A stretch of 64,000 bases of DNA, from the NCBI GenBank assembly GCA_030704615.1, contig CM060734.1:46934001-46998000 (forward strand). The letters run 5' to 3'. Position numbers and translations under genes: made by a program. Shown here piece by piece: positions 49,201 to 62,351 of the stretch. The DNA is from Takakia lepidozioides. Its lineage: Eukaryota > Plantae > Bryophyta. Position 1 is the stretch's first letter, and each line of letters starts with the position of its first letter. The notes beneath the pieces were generated by a model that made no database searches, was not told the DNA's origin, and was given only the letters and a program-made list of their open reading frames with translations.

Positions 49201-51814
49201 TAACACTCCCCTTTTTCTAGCACCATATGGAACGTGTCTGCAAGCAAAGACACCATGTATTATATAGAGTTGCCAAGCACAGCCTGAATGCCCCGGAAGC
49301 TTAGGTCTACATAATTTGACAACGACAATGAAGTCACAGATCAAGTTTTTAGAGTTTACACCTGTGAATTATTTACCTGAGGTTATGGTGGTGGAGTTAA
49401 GCAAGACCCCCTGCAATTAACAATCCGCTATCGTAGTGACCAGAAGAGGGTTATGTAAGTTTGTGAAGTATTGGGCCCTGTGGAAGTGGGACACGACATA
49501 ACTTCATGAACCGGCAAGGATTGCTGATCCGGCTACATTATCCACTGTAGATTTGCTTTCCATACTCCCAATTAGTAGTGCTTTGCGTATGCTCACTGAA
49601 CAGTTTTTGAGGGATCCTCTGACACTTGAGGATACAGCCCTACCTTGATGACTTGCAGGTTCATGAAGTCATGATGAAGGCCGGACACTGTAGAGAGATT
49701 GTAGAAGTTGTTCCCCACACGTGTTTGGAGCTAGAAGAGTAGATTAAGCTCAGCAATATCGCTTCTCCATAGTAGAACGCTTTGCATAGATGCACCAGCT
49801 AGATCAGTCTAAGTACGTTGTTAATTAATTACTGGTGTATCTCGTTGCAGGCATCTCCTGCAAGTCGTGCAAGTAGCTTAGGATAAAATAATCGCATTTG
49901 CTCCACAGCTACCAAGACACTTTTGGAGCAAAAGGCGAAGGAATGGTCACATCTGCCAAACACAAATCCTCAGAGATACTGGTACTGCGCATTTAGCTGC
50001 TCACCTGAGCCATCTTTTCTAATATGAACAGGATAGTTGCCAGATCGAGCTCACCTAATTAAATCATTCAACCCAGTGTACATTGATGACGTGATCTCAA
50101 GGCAGACACGCGTTTGGAGGTAAAGGCTTGGATTATACATATTCAGAGCTGCTCTGAAATCGATGTTGCCTCCAAGCTGCTTGTGTAGAGATGAATGCGC
50201 TGCTCAACCACATGAGCAGAGAGTTTGTTGACACCATCCATGCACCATCGAATCCACGGACACGTCGTCAGCTCCCAGCAATTCAGCGCTACGATTTCTG
50301 TTGTCACATCGATAGTTTATTCAGCGATATGTGCAGTCATATTAATTTTAGCATGAGTGTAGGTCATATTCACCCACCGACTGGTGGGACTGCTGTGCTG
50401 TGGACCCTGCAATTGTTCTTTCAACACAATCGCGCCAATATGAAGGCTGTCACCTGCACATCATTTTCTTTGCGCACATTGCTCCAACTGGGCCAGGCAT
50501 GATCACGCCAACTGTGCCACCAAATTCATTATCAGTCACCCAGCGCAACTCACTGCGAGGATTGCTCCAACTGAGCATCGACAACGCAGTGCACATCGCC
50601 GTACTGTCATCTCGCTAGCGGACGCATGTCACGGTAGGGATACAGTCATCAGCATCCCTGATCGATCGAAATCGAATCCCAGAACTCTCAAGTCTCGCAG
50701 CCATGCCAGACTACAGTTTTGGTTTGAGTTTGTGAATGGGCTGGTTGAATGGATCGATCGTGAATCCTTGATTTATGTGGATCACGAAAGAAACACGGGT
50801 AAGGCATTTTCTCTATTTTTTAAACTTAGACTTCCGAAAGAAGATCTCAAGTGCTACGCTACAAATAATCGAACCAGTGAAAATTAAACTCTAACCAATG
50901 ACCACAGTTCTTTTTGTGAAGAAAAATGGGATTTTACTACTGGGCTTATTACTCATTTTAAGTAGGAAAAGACACTATTTTCTTAAGAAAACATAAAGGG
51001 AACAAGCCCTGTTACTCAAATTAGAACGAGGAAAAAATAACCTCGTGAGAGGCCAGGGGGAACCTCCCAGAACACCACAATGGGTAGCAAGGGAAACCAG
51101 TCCTAGTTCAGTGGTGAAACAGTTGCTAAGAACCAGACTACATGAAAACAGCTAGGGCATAAATCTAAGATATAATCTACCCATCTATAAAACCTGGCTA
51201 AGAGCGAACATGCTGAATAGAGAAGAGAAGGAGGGAGAGTTACAAAGGCAGAGAAGCAAGGATCAGTGTTTTGGCTCCAAGGGGTTCAAAGTTAAGGTGG
51301 GCCTTGATCTTTGAATCTATTCTTCTTATGCTTCCAATTAATGTCATCTTCAAACTCCAGAGGCGAGGGCCAGGGACTGGATGGGCATCCATTGATCGGG
51401 GAAGGAAGAACTGAAGCTACATTTGTCTCCATTCCTGGTGCAGATGATGTCGCGCCACCCCCAAGATGAGTCGAATGTTTGAAGAAGCTTGGATACTATA
51501 CTTATGACACACTTTTAACTTTACCTAATGAAATTAGAACCTCATTACCTGAAGAGTAATATTAAATATTGAAACGGTGGTTTGATATACGACATTGTTT
51601 GTGTTGAGTAGTAGAATATTAAACATTGTTGCCATGCGACGTGGCATTAATCTAAAATAAGGCCATTGATAGCATACACGTGTCTTAATATATCCTCCAA
51701 TGTCTGATAGCCACGTTGCATTTTCTCCAGTCAATGACACTACTGGATGGTTTGACAACTATGCCATGTCAGCATAAACATCACTGATGTAGTATTCTAA
51801 AATAGCCCCAGTCA

Positions 51815-52560
51815 GAATTTGCTGTGGGTCCTCGGCCTCCAAACAAATGGATCCCAACCTCCCTTTTCCATTCCTCTCCCACTATGGTTAGCCACTAACA
51901 GATTCGTCTGGATATTTGGGAAGGCCTCGCCGAATTACACTTTGATCCCATGGAGTGGTCTTGGCCATTCTTCAGGGAATTCTTCAGGGACCCCTGAACC
52001 ATTCTTCACCTACACCACAAAAAATGGATACAAAGCCCTCTCAAAAGCAAAATCCTTACAAACAAATGGGAACACCTTGGTTTAGAAACGAGAATTGGCC
52101 TATGATTTGGAGTTCGGTCTGGATCAAAACCAGCCAAGATCGTTGTGTTCCTCTGGCAGATCGTCAACAGAGTGCTGAAGGTTGGGGACTGGCTTCAATT
52201 CCACGAGGCCCTCCTCTGTTCATGTTGTTCCGCTAGAATCCATTGAACATTGTCTTCTATTATGCCAGGCCCCGGCTAAAATATGGCCTTTCATAAGATC
52301 CTTCTGTCGACACTGGAACACTGGAACTCTCTCCATTACTGACTTACTTCTCAATTACGACGCTGTCACCAAACAAAAATCCCTAAACTGCTCAATCTTT
52401 GAAAACCTCAGGAGCTCCACTTTATGGCACCTGTGGAAGGTTGATCGTTGTGCAAAAACCTTTACTGGTGATACTTCCACCATCTCCACGGTTCTCTACA
52501 AATGCCTCAGCGATTCAATATCGATGACGTCCAAAGCGCAAGCAGGAAGACGACATCCGC
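51815..52560 (+). mobile_element. L1-type LINE 3' remnant (zf-RVT region)
   Basis: LCSCC..., ESIEHCLLLC...KIW and STLWHLWK.DRCAKTF match the post-RT zinc-binding region of plant L1 ORF2; frameshifted. Confidence 0.65.
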
Positions 52561-52924
52561 GTGCCTTCTCACCACTTGCGTATTCGCACGTGGCGATACG
52601 TGCCTTGCACTCAGGGGCGGGGACCAGTGGTGGCAAAGAGACAGGGGGCCCTACCAGAGGAGCCTAGCTGCCCTAAACCAGCGAACGTACAGTCACATCA
52701 TACGCGTGTATTTCTCTTTTTTGGTCATTTAAAAGGAGAACACCAGTTTTTTTTTTGGGTAAGAGAACAGGGGTCTGGCCCTGGATGCTTTATTTGGAAT
52801 TATTTGATTTTTCTTTTTCTTTGTCGTTTTAAGCAAAAAGAGGACTCGGAATCATTCTCTGCCTGGTGTGTTTTTTTCCTCTCTTTTTTTCAAGAAATGT
52901 GTTTCTTTTTCTAGGAAAAAATCT

Positions 52925-53165
52925 CCAGATTCAGCTACTTGTACAAAGGAATTATGGGGATAAAATCTAAAAATATTGCCAAAAAGCGCCAGTAGTTAAA
53001 TATCAGGAGCCTGATTTTGAAAACGTGGACCAGTTTTGAACGTGCCACTTGGTATATAGCCACTTTTTCTAACCCTGCCACCTCGTTATTCTTGCCACAT
53101 GGGCACCGGGCAGAGTTCACATGTGGCCCTGCCCGCGATTTTGGAAAAACGAAAAACAAAAACAC
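52925..53165 (+). repeat. Dispersed repeat family C, copy 2
   Basis: Direct similarity to 44320-44570. Confidence 0.8.
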
Positions 53166-53893
53166 TGACGGTTTTGAACCCGGACGGTTTTGAAGTATCC
53201 CCTGTTCTGTTTTATGTTTATTTTTAAAGTATAGCTCTTGTGGGTCCCAGTGGGGGCGGGAGCAAGGAACCCGAGGGTCCAAGTGAGGAAGCAGGTTGCT
53301 TAAAGGGAGATGTACATTCCTCCCTCATATAACTTAGGGTTGGTGTGGAGCCAGCCAGTGAGAAGGTGGAACCACATTAGTATATATATATGCAGCGGAA
53401 TAGGGCCCACACCCGAAAGGGGGCAGTAGCCGTCAGGCGAAGTGGCTCTCACTTACGCCGGCCAGAGTCTTCTCTCTCTCTCTCTCTCTATGCAGCGGAA
53501 AGATCCACTGTTGTGCGGGTAAGTCATTTACCCAGATTTATCTGGGTAAGGGTAAATGATTTACCGGGGTTTGCCCATTTCATTTACCCTTACACTTACC
53601 CTTCAGAGGGGTAAATAATCTCAGATACCCTTACCTGAAGGGTAAATAATTTCCATCTAGCCTTTACCCATGGGTAAGTATATATTTCTGGAGGATAAAT
53701 AGCAAAAATAAAACTCTTCTTAATGCCTAAGTAGGAAAGGCCTTGACAAGCAACCTCCCTCTAGTACCATCTCAAAAGGCGTACCATTATCATGCGAACA
53801 TAACTTATAAGGGACATACCAAGTGGCAAGGGCACACCATCCTTCCTACAGCGTCTTTTTATTGGCGATTTTCGACCTTAAAACTTGCACATC

Positions 53894-54950
53894 GGCTGTT
53901 AACCCTTAAGTTCCCAAGCGACCTGAATGGGGTCACTTTGAATTTGCAGTTCGACCTAATTTTTGCAGATCTAATCTGATGGGGCCCACTCCTGAAGCTC
54001 TAATGACAAGGGATTTGTCTTGAGTATGATGCAAAAAACAAAATTAAAAAAAACAAAAGCTACGACCTGCAAAAAATATCTTAGATCTCTCATTTACGTT
54101 TTGGGGCCTGAAAAGGGCTTGTTGACCGCTGACGTGGCCGTAAACAAGCCCAAAACAGATTGCACTCCAAAGGCCATTTTTGGCAGAAAATTAGAAAAAA
54201 CAATACACCTTGTGGTGTGAGCATTACATACACACATCCACCATTGGCTTTTAAATTTTTTGTAGAAAAAAAAGTACTTCATTTGGAGGCACATTTTCTG
54301 TTGTCAATTTTGAGATTTCAACCCCCCATGTAATTGCATGCAAAGCAACCATTGGTGAGAAAATCAGTTGGACCTGCAATTTAGTGGGGTCATAGCCACT
54401 CCACTATTGATTTGGAAATGGTGGGTCTTGGGGCAAGCAAAATTGGATAAAGCTAGGTTTTGATTTGGTCAAACCAATTTCTTTCTCACTTTTTCTTTGG
54501 GACTTGATATTTGAGGTCCTGGCCAACGCTATAATCTCACAATTTCCATGGTGGACTTGGCTCATTTTTTGGTATGTCATGCATAAATGAGCTGGGCCCA
54601 TCTCTATAAGGCTGGAATCTCTGGATGATTTTTGGTAGGTTTCTAGGAGCAATTTACTGCAGCTGGGTACCCAAAATTGGTAAAAAATCAAAAAAGGGCT
54701 TGGGAACTTAAGGGTTAACTCAGCTGGTAAGTGCACAGTGTGTCGCCCTGGTGGTTTAGGGTTCGAACCCGCTGCCCTGTGCGGTGTGTGGATTGTTCAT
54801 GACCGGTTGGTCTGGTGGTGATGTTTCCCTCCTGTGTGCCTAATGGCTTATCTGAAAGGGGGTTAATTTTTCCCCCTCCTCAAGGGCTTGCCAATTGTGA
54901 GCAGTTGCTCCCAGGTTTCCTTTAGAAATAAAATAAATAAATATAATATA
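53894..54950 (+). mobile_element. tRNA-derived SINE, family A, copy 2, split at its A box by the piggyBac-like element
   Basis: GGCTG-TTAA-[insert]-CTCAGCTGG...GGTTCGAACCC, with body and AAAT tail matching 41824-42350. Confidence 0.75.
53903..54714. mobile_element. piggyBac-like non-autonomous element (812 bp)
   Basis: Perfect 17-bp TIR CCCTTAAGTTCCCAAGC (53903-53919 / 54698-54714) flanked by TTAA on both sides (53899-53902, 54715-54718). Confidence 0.8.
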
Positions 54951-55962
54951 ATGGGATATTCTGTCACAAATCCCTTGTTTTTTATGGATGAAATCATATT
55001 TCTCCATATAAAAAAATAGACTATGGATGAATTTGCCAAATATGGATGATATAAATGGATTATGGTACACAGGTGGATGAACAGAATGTACCGCTATTTT
55101 CTGCAAAACTCTGTAGCCACTCGTGCTGTTTTCCAAAGTTCTTATAAAAAACGCTGTCTGCATATAAGGGGGCGTACCATCTCCAAGGGGTACCATTGTA
55201 CCATTATCCTGCCTACAAGGGCTTCATTGCAGCAGGTACAAGTAAGGTAGAAACACCTAAAATGGAGCTGTACCCAAAACGGACCCCTCAAAAAATACAT
55301 AAAACTAACCATATGTCATCTTTAAAAGATGCTTTGATCACAAGTGGTCCAAATTAGGTCATGTGGTGGGCCACAATGGAACTCCACTGAACCCTTTTAA
55401 CTCATACATGATCATGATGACATCACTTAATGGACAAGTTAATAACCACCGGCACGCACTTAGACAGCACTATCAAGTCAAGTCGAGAAAGAAGAATGAA
55501 TCCTAACATGTAGGGGGACCACATTCCGTGATCAACGATCCCGATTGAGTTTAATCCAAATGGACCTTGAGCTCATATTTCTTTAAGGTGGGAGGTTACT
55601 TTAGGGTCAATAAATGGTTAGGTTAGTTGACTGACATGGTCCATGTTACTATGTTGTAAGTGAAAGAGGATGCACACTTTTTGGGCACCTTTGGCTCCAG
55701 ACAAAGTGCATTTGCTGTTCAAAATAGTACCCCCTACTGGTCCATTCAAGGTTATTCCATGATTTCACATTGAATATTCACCAATATTACAAAATAATTC
55801 GGAATTTATTTATTTATTTTGCATTAAATTTCATTTCTATGTGCCCACATCAGAAAATATATATACGACGACACTGCACACCTGAAACTGCACACATTTC
55901 TTAAATGATCCATTTTAGGTGTTTCTACCTATTGCCCCTATGTACCATAGAAAGGGCATCAT

Positions 55963-56243
55963 CAGTGTTTTTTTTCTGGAATTTGGAAAATAGCGTGAAT
56001 GGCTACAAAGTTTGGCACAAAATAGCCATACATTCTTATCATCCATTGAAATTAGGACAGAATCATCCACTTCCGTACTTAAATTATATCATCCATATTT
56101 GGCGAATTCATCCATAATTTATTTTTCATTTGGAGAAATTTGGCGATTTCATCCATGAAAAAACAGGGAATTTGCGACAGAATATTCTATTTTATTTTCT
56201 GAGGTCGAAATTTGGCGAAAATTCGCCAGCAAAAAAAACGCTA
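55963..56243 (+). mobile_element. hAT MITE (281 bp)
   Basis: Perfect 8-bp TSD GGCATCAT (55955-55962, 56244-56251), termini CAGTGTTTTTTTT / AAAAAAAACGCTA, internal TTTGGCGA repeats. Confidence 0.85.
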
Positions 56244-57840
56244 GGCATCATCCCAGCAATTAGAATCTAATTTCTCTATACAAGCATTAGAAGAGGTTTT
56301 CATTTTTATTTGCCTTCACTATCACCATATTTGTGGGTATCATATTGGAGGGTATCGATCTCCTTTCCATAAGAGGGCTTCACTGGAGGCCCCAATGCAC
56401 CAAAGTCCTGGTGCATATTAAGGCTTCAATGGCTGAGTTTGATGAGGAATTCGAGGGTGTGGTAGAGGAATTCCATGATGTTGATGAGAGTCTTGCTCTT
56501 GATTGAGATGATGCTTTATATGAAACATAGAGGGGAACTGATATAGATATGTCATCCTATCATCCCTAGACCTTAAAATTATATATTACATTACATGGTC
56601 TTTGATTATTGTCTTTGGAGTGATGAAATACGATCATGATCATCCCTCATATTGTTCACAACATGTGATACAATCAACCTCATTCAACCAAAAAAAACAA
56701 TATATCCTTTATTTACCCAAGGGGTATATAAAGGGTAGATCATTTATCCTTACCCAAAATATTGGGCTTTACCCTTTACCCGCAGGATAAATAAATCCAG
56801 AGGAGAAATAAATAGACATAAATAATTTATGCTTACTCGGAGGATAAATAATCCTCTGATTTCTATTTACCCTTATCCGGAGGGTAAGCAAAATTCTACT
56901 TACCCGCCCAAAACTGGCAAGATCCTACCAGAGGACTTTCTGCTATTGAGCTATTTGGGCAAGAACAACTCCGCTAGCCTTATAAGTTAACCTGCTAAGC
57001 CGTTTTTCCAAACTATGCTCGGATATGTGGTAGCCATCTTTCAAGGTGACATGGACGTTCGTTCCATACCCTTTGTATTTGAAAATCCACAAGTGTTGGG
57101 TGCACAAATGACAAGGCTATATACATATCATTTTATTTTTGGGAAAACGACACCAGAGCTTGGGTAATCAAAGTTTGAAAAAAAACACAGAATTGTAAAG
57201 CCGCGAAGGCATACTTTGGAAAGGATGTTATCCATCCAAATGACCTCCGTAGATCTGTTGCCCAGGACACCATCCTTTCCCAGGAATTGCAAGAATCATT
57301 CGAGATTAGATTGAACGTGATGGACAAAGTCTCCAATCCTTCTCACTCATGTTATTCCCCTGTCACAAAATTCACAATCTTCATGGTTAGCTGCATTTCT
57401 CTTAGTGGCGCCAGTCTAGTACCCGGTTCACAGCACAGGTTCAAAGACCCGACCCTACTGGTATGAAATATGGTTCATTTCAATACCCGACAATAACTTG
57501 GAAGTGCCCCAGCCTTGAAATTCAAGAAAATCACTTAAGAAAAATAAATTATTCCGGCAGAGCCTTGACGAATAGCATGGGCAAGTTTCGTACTCATATT
57601 ACCAGATTTGGCTTAGTATCCCAACATTGTTTAAAATATGATAACAGTACCTCGTCCGGTATGAGAAAATTCCACAACATCCAAAACACAATTCTAAAAG
57701 AAAAGTTCCCTTCAAGAACATTCAATAAAGCTCCAAAGGGCTTCCTCCCCTTTTACTCAAAAAACTAAAAAAACTAAATTAAAAAAAGATAACTTGTATG
57801 TCAAGCTCCGGATGTGGTCCTAGACATAGAAAGATGGAAT

Positions 57841-60800
57841 TCACCTTGTCTCTTCGAGGCGTCGTCGCCTTTCTTGGCCGAGGAGGTAGCTCATGCTGCT
57901 CTCCAGACCTCTCAGCAGTTTTTTGAGTTGCGATTGACGACAAAAATTTGTCGCGCGCTCATCTTCCTCGCTATCCATGAGCCGAATCTCTGCCCATGTG
58001 CTCCCAGGGGGCTCCTTCTTGGTTGCAGGCACGTCGTGCATGCGCTTCTCTTTCAAAAGCTCAATCTGGGGCTGGGGGTGACAGGTAACATAACAACTAT
58101 GGGGTGCGCTGTGCTTCTGGTCAATGCAGTTCACTACAAACTGGGAACAAGCTGTGGCCTGTCGGTTTGATTGTCTGCACATCCAGGACCCAGGACTAGT
58201 TTCAAGCTTTCAGTTTCCAGTCACTCTCTCATGACACTCTTCTGATCACTCCCTTGCACTTTCATTAAGCACACAGACAGACCCAAAACAGGTATGAGCA
58301 CCAACAACAATTGATGTCATTCTTGCAGTTGCAAACCACCTTGTAAATGCAAATTGACCGAGGGTTTTTGTCCAGACATCTAGTGCATAAATTTCGATGT
58401 GGCACCAATTTTTTGGGCATGCAGGATAACGTGCAAGAAAAACAAACCTCTGAACAACTATTAAACCTCTGTAGATTCTTGTTCTTTTATAGTCATAGTA
58501 TTTCACTCACAGATTTGAGGGTGCGGTGGTGGGTCTAAGAGCCTCTGCCTGGCCTCGCGGGAGAGCTTTGCTCTTGCACATCCACTTCCATTGGTCACCA
58601 GACAGCTCGCCAGAGAATGGTCTGGGTAAACTTTTTACACTTTCAGCTCTGATCATGGCGCAAGATTTCTCACTGCCTGTCCGTAGCGGTATAGAACGAG
58701 ACGCTTGAGCATGATCAATTAATCGTCGGATCTCTCTTTCTATCAATTCATACTCCAGTTTGGGGGGCATTCCTGCCCCGCTGAAGACATGGTTTCCACA
58801 TTCTAGTTCTCTTTGCACTTTGCGGACCAGTTTCATAATTCCAGCTTTCCTAATCTCTGCCGGATCAAGTCGCAAATACAGCTCTGCCAGACCACACCAC
58901 CCATAGGTTTAATATTAAATGTACACATGAGATTAATGTTGACACACATCGAGCTTTCGATGTTTCCTTGAATAATAGCCATTTCTATTGGTTGTCTATG
59001 TCACTGTAAATTTGTTGAAGTTCTCACTCTCATGAGCTCCTACTCTCATGTGAGATTGAGCAAGTTCAAATTCTCTTCCCAAGTAGGCAGAGAGATGGCA
59101 CAACTGAGCATTATCTTATAAACATGTCTTTTTTTCTTCGGACATATCTTGTTGAAGTTTACTGCTGCAGCTTGAAGTTGTATCAATCTTCTTACATAGT
59201 AGCATCAGAGATTAGCCACATTAGGCAACCACTGGCAGTCGCACCTTAGAGAGAAGAATTAAGAGAAATAAATGAAAGAACTCTATGTGTGAGAGAGAGT
59301 ACGCATGGGACTGGCTTTAAGCACAGCCAGTGCATGCGTGTGTTTGGGAGGGCAGGGAGATTCTTCTATGGAGTTCAAGCAGTGCTTACCTTGCTAAGTG
59401 CTACCCCACTTTTTTTGTCCTAGTCTCATCTCTCTTTTCCACTGGATCCATCAATGTGATAGATTGCTATACCAGAGAGGCAGCCTAGCATCCAGCCAAG
59501 GGCAGCTTTCCGCCTAAGTTCATGGTTTTCAAACTCCAGGCGATTCATTATCCTTTCCTCTTTCTTCTTGCGGCAAAGATATAGCTCTTCTTTCTTGGTG
59601 ATCTCTAGTTGCAAGTCATCCACCACCCCTTGCAGCTCCTGTTATTCCACCATTCCCAAATACTTTTTTTCATTAGTTCCTAAACATGATGAGTACTTTC
59701 AAGCGGCATTTTGATGAACAGGACTGATGGGTTGCCAGATGTTTGCGAGGTCCTTTGGTATTCAACAATCACTTGGCAAGGCAATTTGGATACTCTTACT
59801 ATTCTCGCTAACTTGTCAAATAACAACATTGTGAACAGGTATGATGGGGGTCACTATTGGAATAGGCCGATCACGTGGGGAGTGCAGAGCCTGCGAAGTT
59901 ATAACCCACCAGGGTGGCAACACAACTTGACATAATGTGGCACATGTTTGTCAGATGTAGTCCATAAGAGAGACAGAAGAAAGAAGATGAGCCGAAATCT
60001 ATTACACCCAAGAGAAGGAGATGAGAAATCCGTGACCTTGTGGTCATATCTCAGAGACCGATGCACGTCTTGATTGTTCTCTTTGAATGTTGGAAATTGC
60101 CACCCTTGAGAGGTAGCCCTTACAGGTAATGACACATTCAAGAGCCGGTTGCGGGTTTTGACTCACTCGGTGTGAGACGCAGTATGATCCTTGAGCAACC
60201 CAAGTACAAGGAATGGTGTGTTCATTATAGGGATGACATGACAGTGTGCAAAATGATGCATAGAAAGAGATATGTATATATAGAGGGAGGGGAAGAAAGA
60301 AGCTATCCATCAGATGTCCCTATATCACCCAATCCACAAAAATGTGTGGTGACAGATAGTATAGGTGGAGTTATACAATTACAAGAATTTCATGTTGGCT
60401 GACCTGAACCCTTTTATGCTTCTTCCTAAGGCATTTCTCCTGTTCCTTATCCTCAACCTCAAGGATGTCAATAGTTCGATCGACCTCCCAATTCCTTCTC
60501 TCCCGTTGTTGCCCCTTTGGGATGTGCTCAGTCAAGTGTGCTCTGCAAGCATCACATTCATTTTCTCTCTTAGTAATAGCGATTTGTGTTTGGTAGCCAC
60601 CAAAGTGAGCCCAAGGTTCATGAAAAAAATGTCCAAGAGGATGTGATAGAAGGGTCTCCAGAGAATTAGATTGGTGGTTCCAAGCAAAAGATCCAACTGA
60701 AATTGCCCTGTTGTCCCAAGGCATTCTTACTTCATTTTAAGCAATGGCACAGGAGGAACAGCGATCATTGCAAAATCTCCAGTAAAGCACTCACAATTGA

Positions 60801-62315
60801 GGGGTTTAGTGAGTAATTAGGAAGAGTTGGCTCTGGCCATGGGGAGCCCAAAAGGGACTCAGAATGTATGGAGAGGAGTGGGGAAGAAAGAAAGCCACGT
60901 AAATGGTACGTTGTTAAGGTTGCTGACCAACTCTAGCAACTGTGAAAGCTACAGAGAAAAGCTAATTGAGTGTGAGGCACCTCAAGTAAGAATGGTGAGC
61001 CTAGTTGTTGTGCTATTGTTTCAATAGTATTTTGGCTGACCAATAGCAGTCAAACCAGCTTCGTGTGAAAAGATGCTTCAATGTATGAACCAGTATAGAA
61101 TGCAAATTACAGGTTTTGGCTTCCCAAGTGCTTTAGTGCGCTTTCTGCATGTGGATTGAGCTTTACTCTTAGCAGATACCTAGTCTATGCTCCCCATATT
61201 CCGTGTTTTTTGTCAACCAATTACTTCCTTTCTTCCCAGCTTGCACCGGGCGCAACTAGGAAATTGAAACTGAAGAACACTTCTCCTTGAATTGCCCTCT
61301 GTATTCTGATCCGTGGGAAATTCCACTGTCTATTCCGTGGAACTCAATCTCTCACTGACGTCTTCCATTATGAGGATCAGAAATGCTTCGCAACTTTGAC
61401 CCTTAGGCAATCCCTTGAGCATAGTTGCTTCTGGGCTGTATTTTTATTCTTTTTGTCTCATCTCTCTTGTTTTTCTCCATTTTGTCCCATAAGCTCTTTG
61501 AGCTTCCCGCGGACGTTAAAAAGTACCATTTCATTTCATTTCATTTCGGTCTTCAGGATTGTGTTGTTAATAAGAAAGAAATTTCTTGGATTGTTGGATG
61601 CCAGCCAGCATATCTTAAGTGAGTGTGGTAGAACCTGCAGCCATGCTCCAACTCGTTCTTCAATTCTTCGTTTTCTTTCCTAAGGGCAACTTGACCCTCT
61701 TCATACTCGACTCGTTGGTGATCAAATGCTGACTCCATGGAGTTGAGGTACTCCAATAGCTCTCCACTCTTTTTCTCATATTGGTCAATTATATCTTGCC
61801 TCAAGCATGCAACTTCAAAGCGCTCTTGATCCAGTGCTAATGCTTTCGCGTGCACATCTTTCTGTCAATTCACATCAGCAAGGTTTATTATATTCTAGAC
61901 AATTTCAACTTAAAGGTCCCCAACTCTTTAATGAAGCATAAAGAAGGGAGTGAGATTTATGGCTCAGTCTGGAGGAGGGATTGAGGGTTGGCATTTACTG
62001 GCTTTCCAAGTTTGTGATTTAGATTCTTCATAATTGTTGTGGGTGGTTTCCCGATTTTCTTTCAAAATACTGAACTAAATTGTCCCCACCAAAAAATCTT
62101 AGTTGGAGATGCTCCCGGAGGTGATTGGGCAATATCTTATGTATATGCTGTCACACACAAAAAACAGAGAGAATGTACTCATAAGACGTTGTTTGCCGTA
62201 GCTTTGTGGTTGTAGAACCCGCGCCCAGTTTGGGCAACAAAATGGAACAAATACTGCCTTTGTGAGGGACTCATTCTAGTACTGTGATTACCTTGATAGA
62301 GACAAGCACACATAC

Positions 62316-62351
<36 letters not shown>

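Larger units (their letters stand above)
53849..55156 (-). mobile_element. hAT MITE of the same family as 55963-56243, split by a SINE
   Basis: Ends CAGCGTCTTTTT and AAAAAACGCTG. Segments 53849-53885 and 54950-55156 match the reverse complement of 55963-56243. Confidence 0.65.
53506..56916. mobile_element. Non-autonomous hAT element (3.4 kb) carrying nested insertions
   Basis: TIRs CACTGTTGTGCGGGTAAGT / reverse complement CAGTTTTGGGCGGGTAAGT, TSD GAAAGATC / GCAAGATC (7/8), and TTACCC/GGGTAA subterminal repeats at both ends. Confidence 0.8.

Noticed and set aside
54715-54775. tRNA gene
   Set aside because: It has A/B boxes but no convincing cloverleaf and continues into a dispersed body with an A-rich tail, so it is a SINE head. 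The same applies at 9300, 40095 and 42350.
59930-60900. Possible RTE/L2-like LINE remnant on the minus strand
   Set aside because: Similarity is too weak to call without a profile search.
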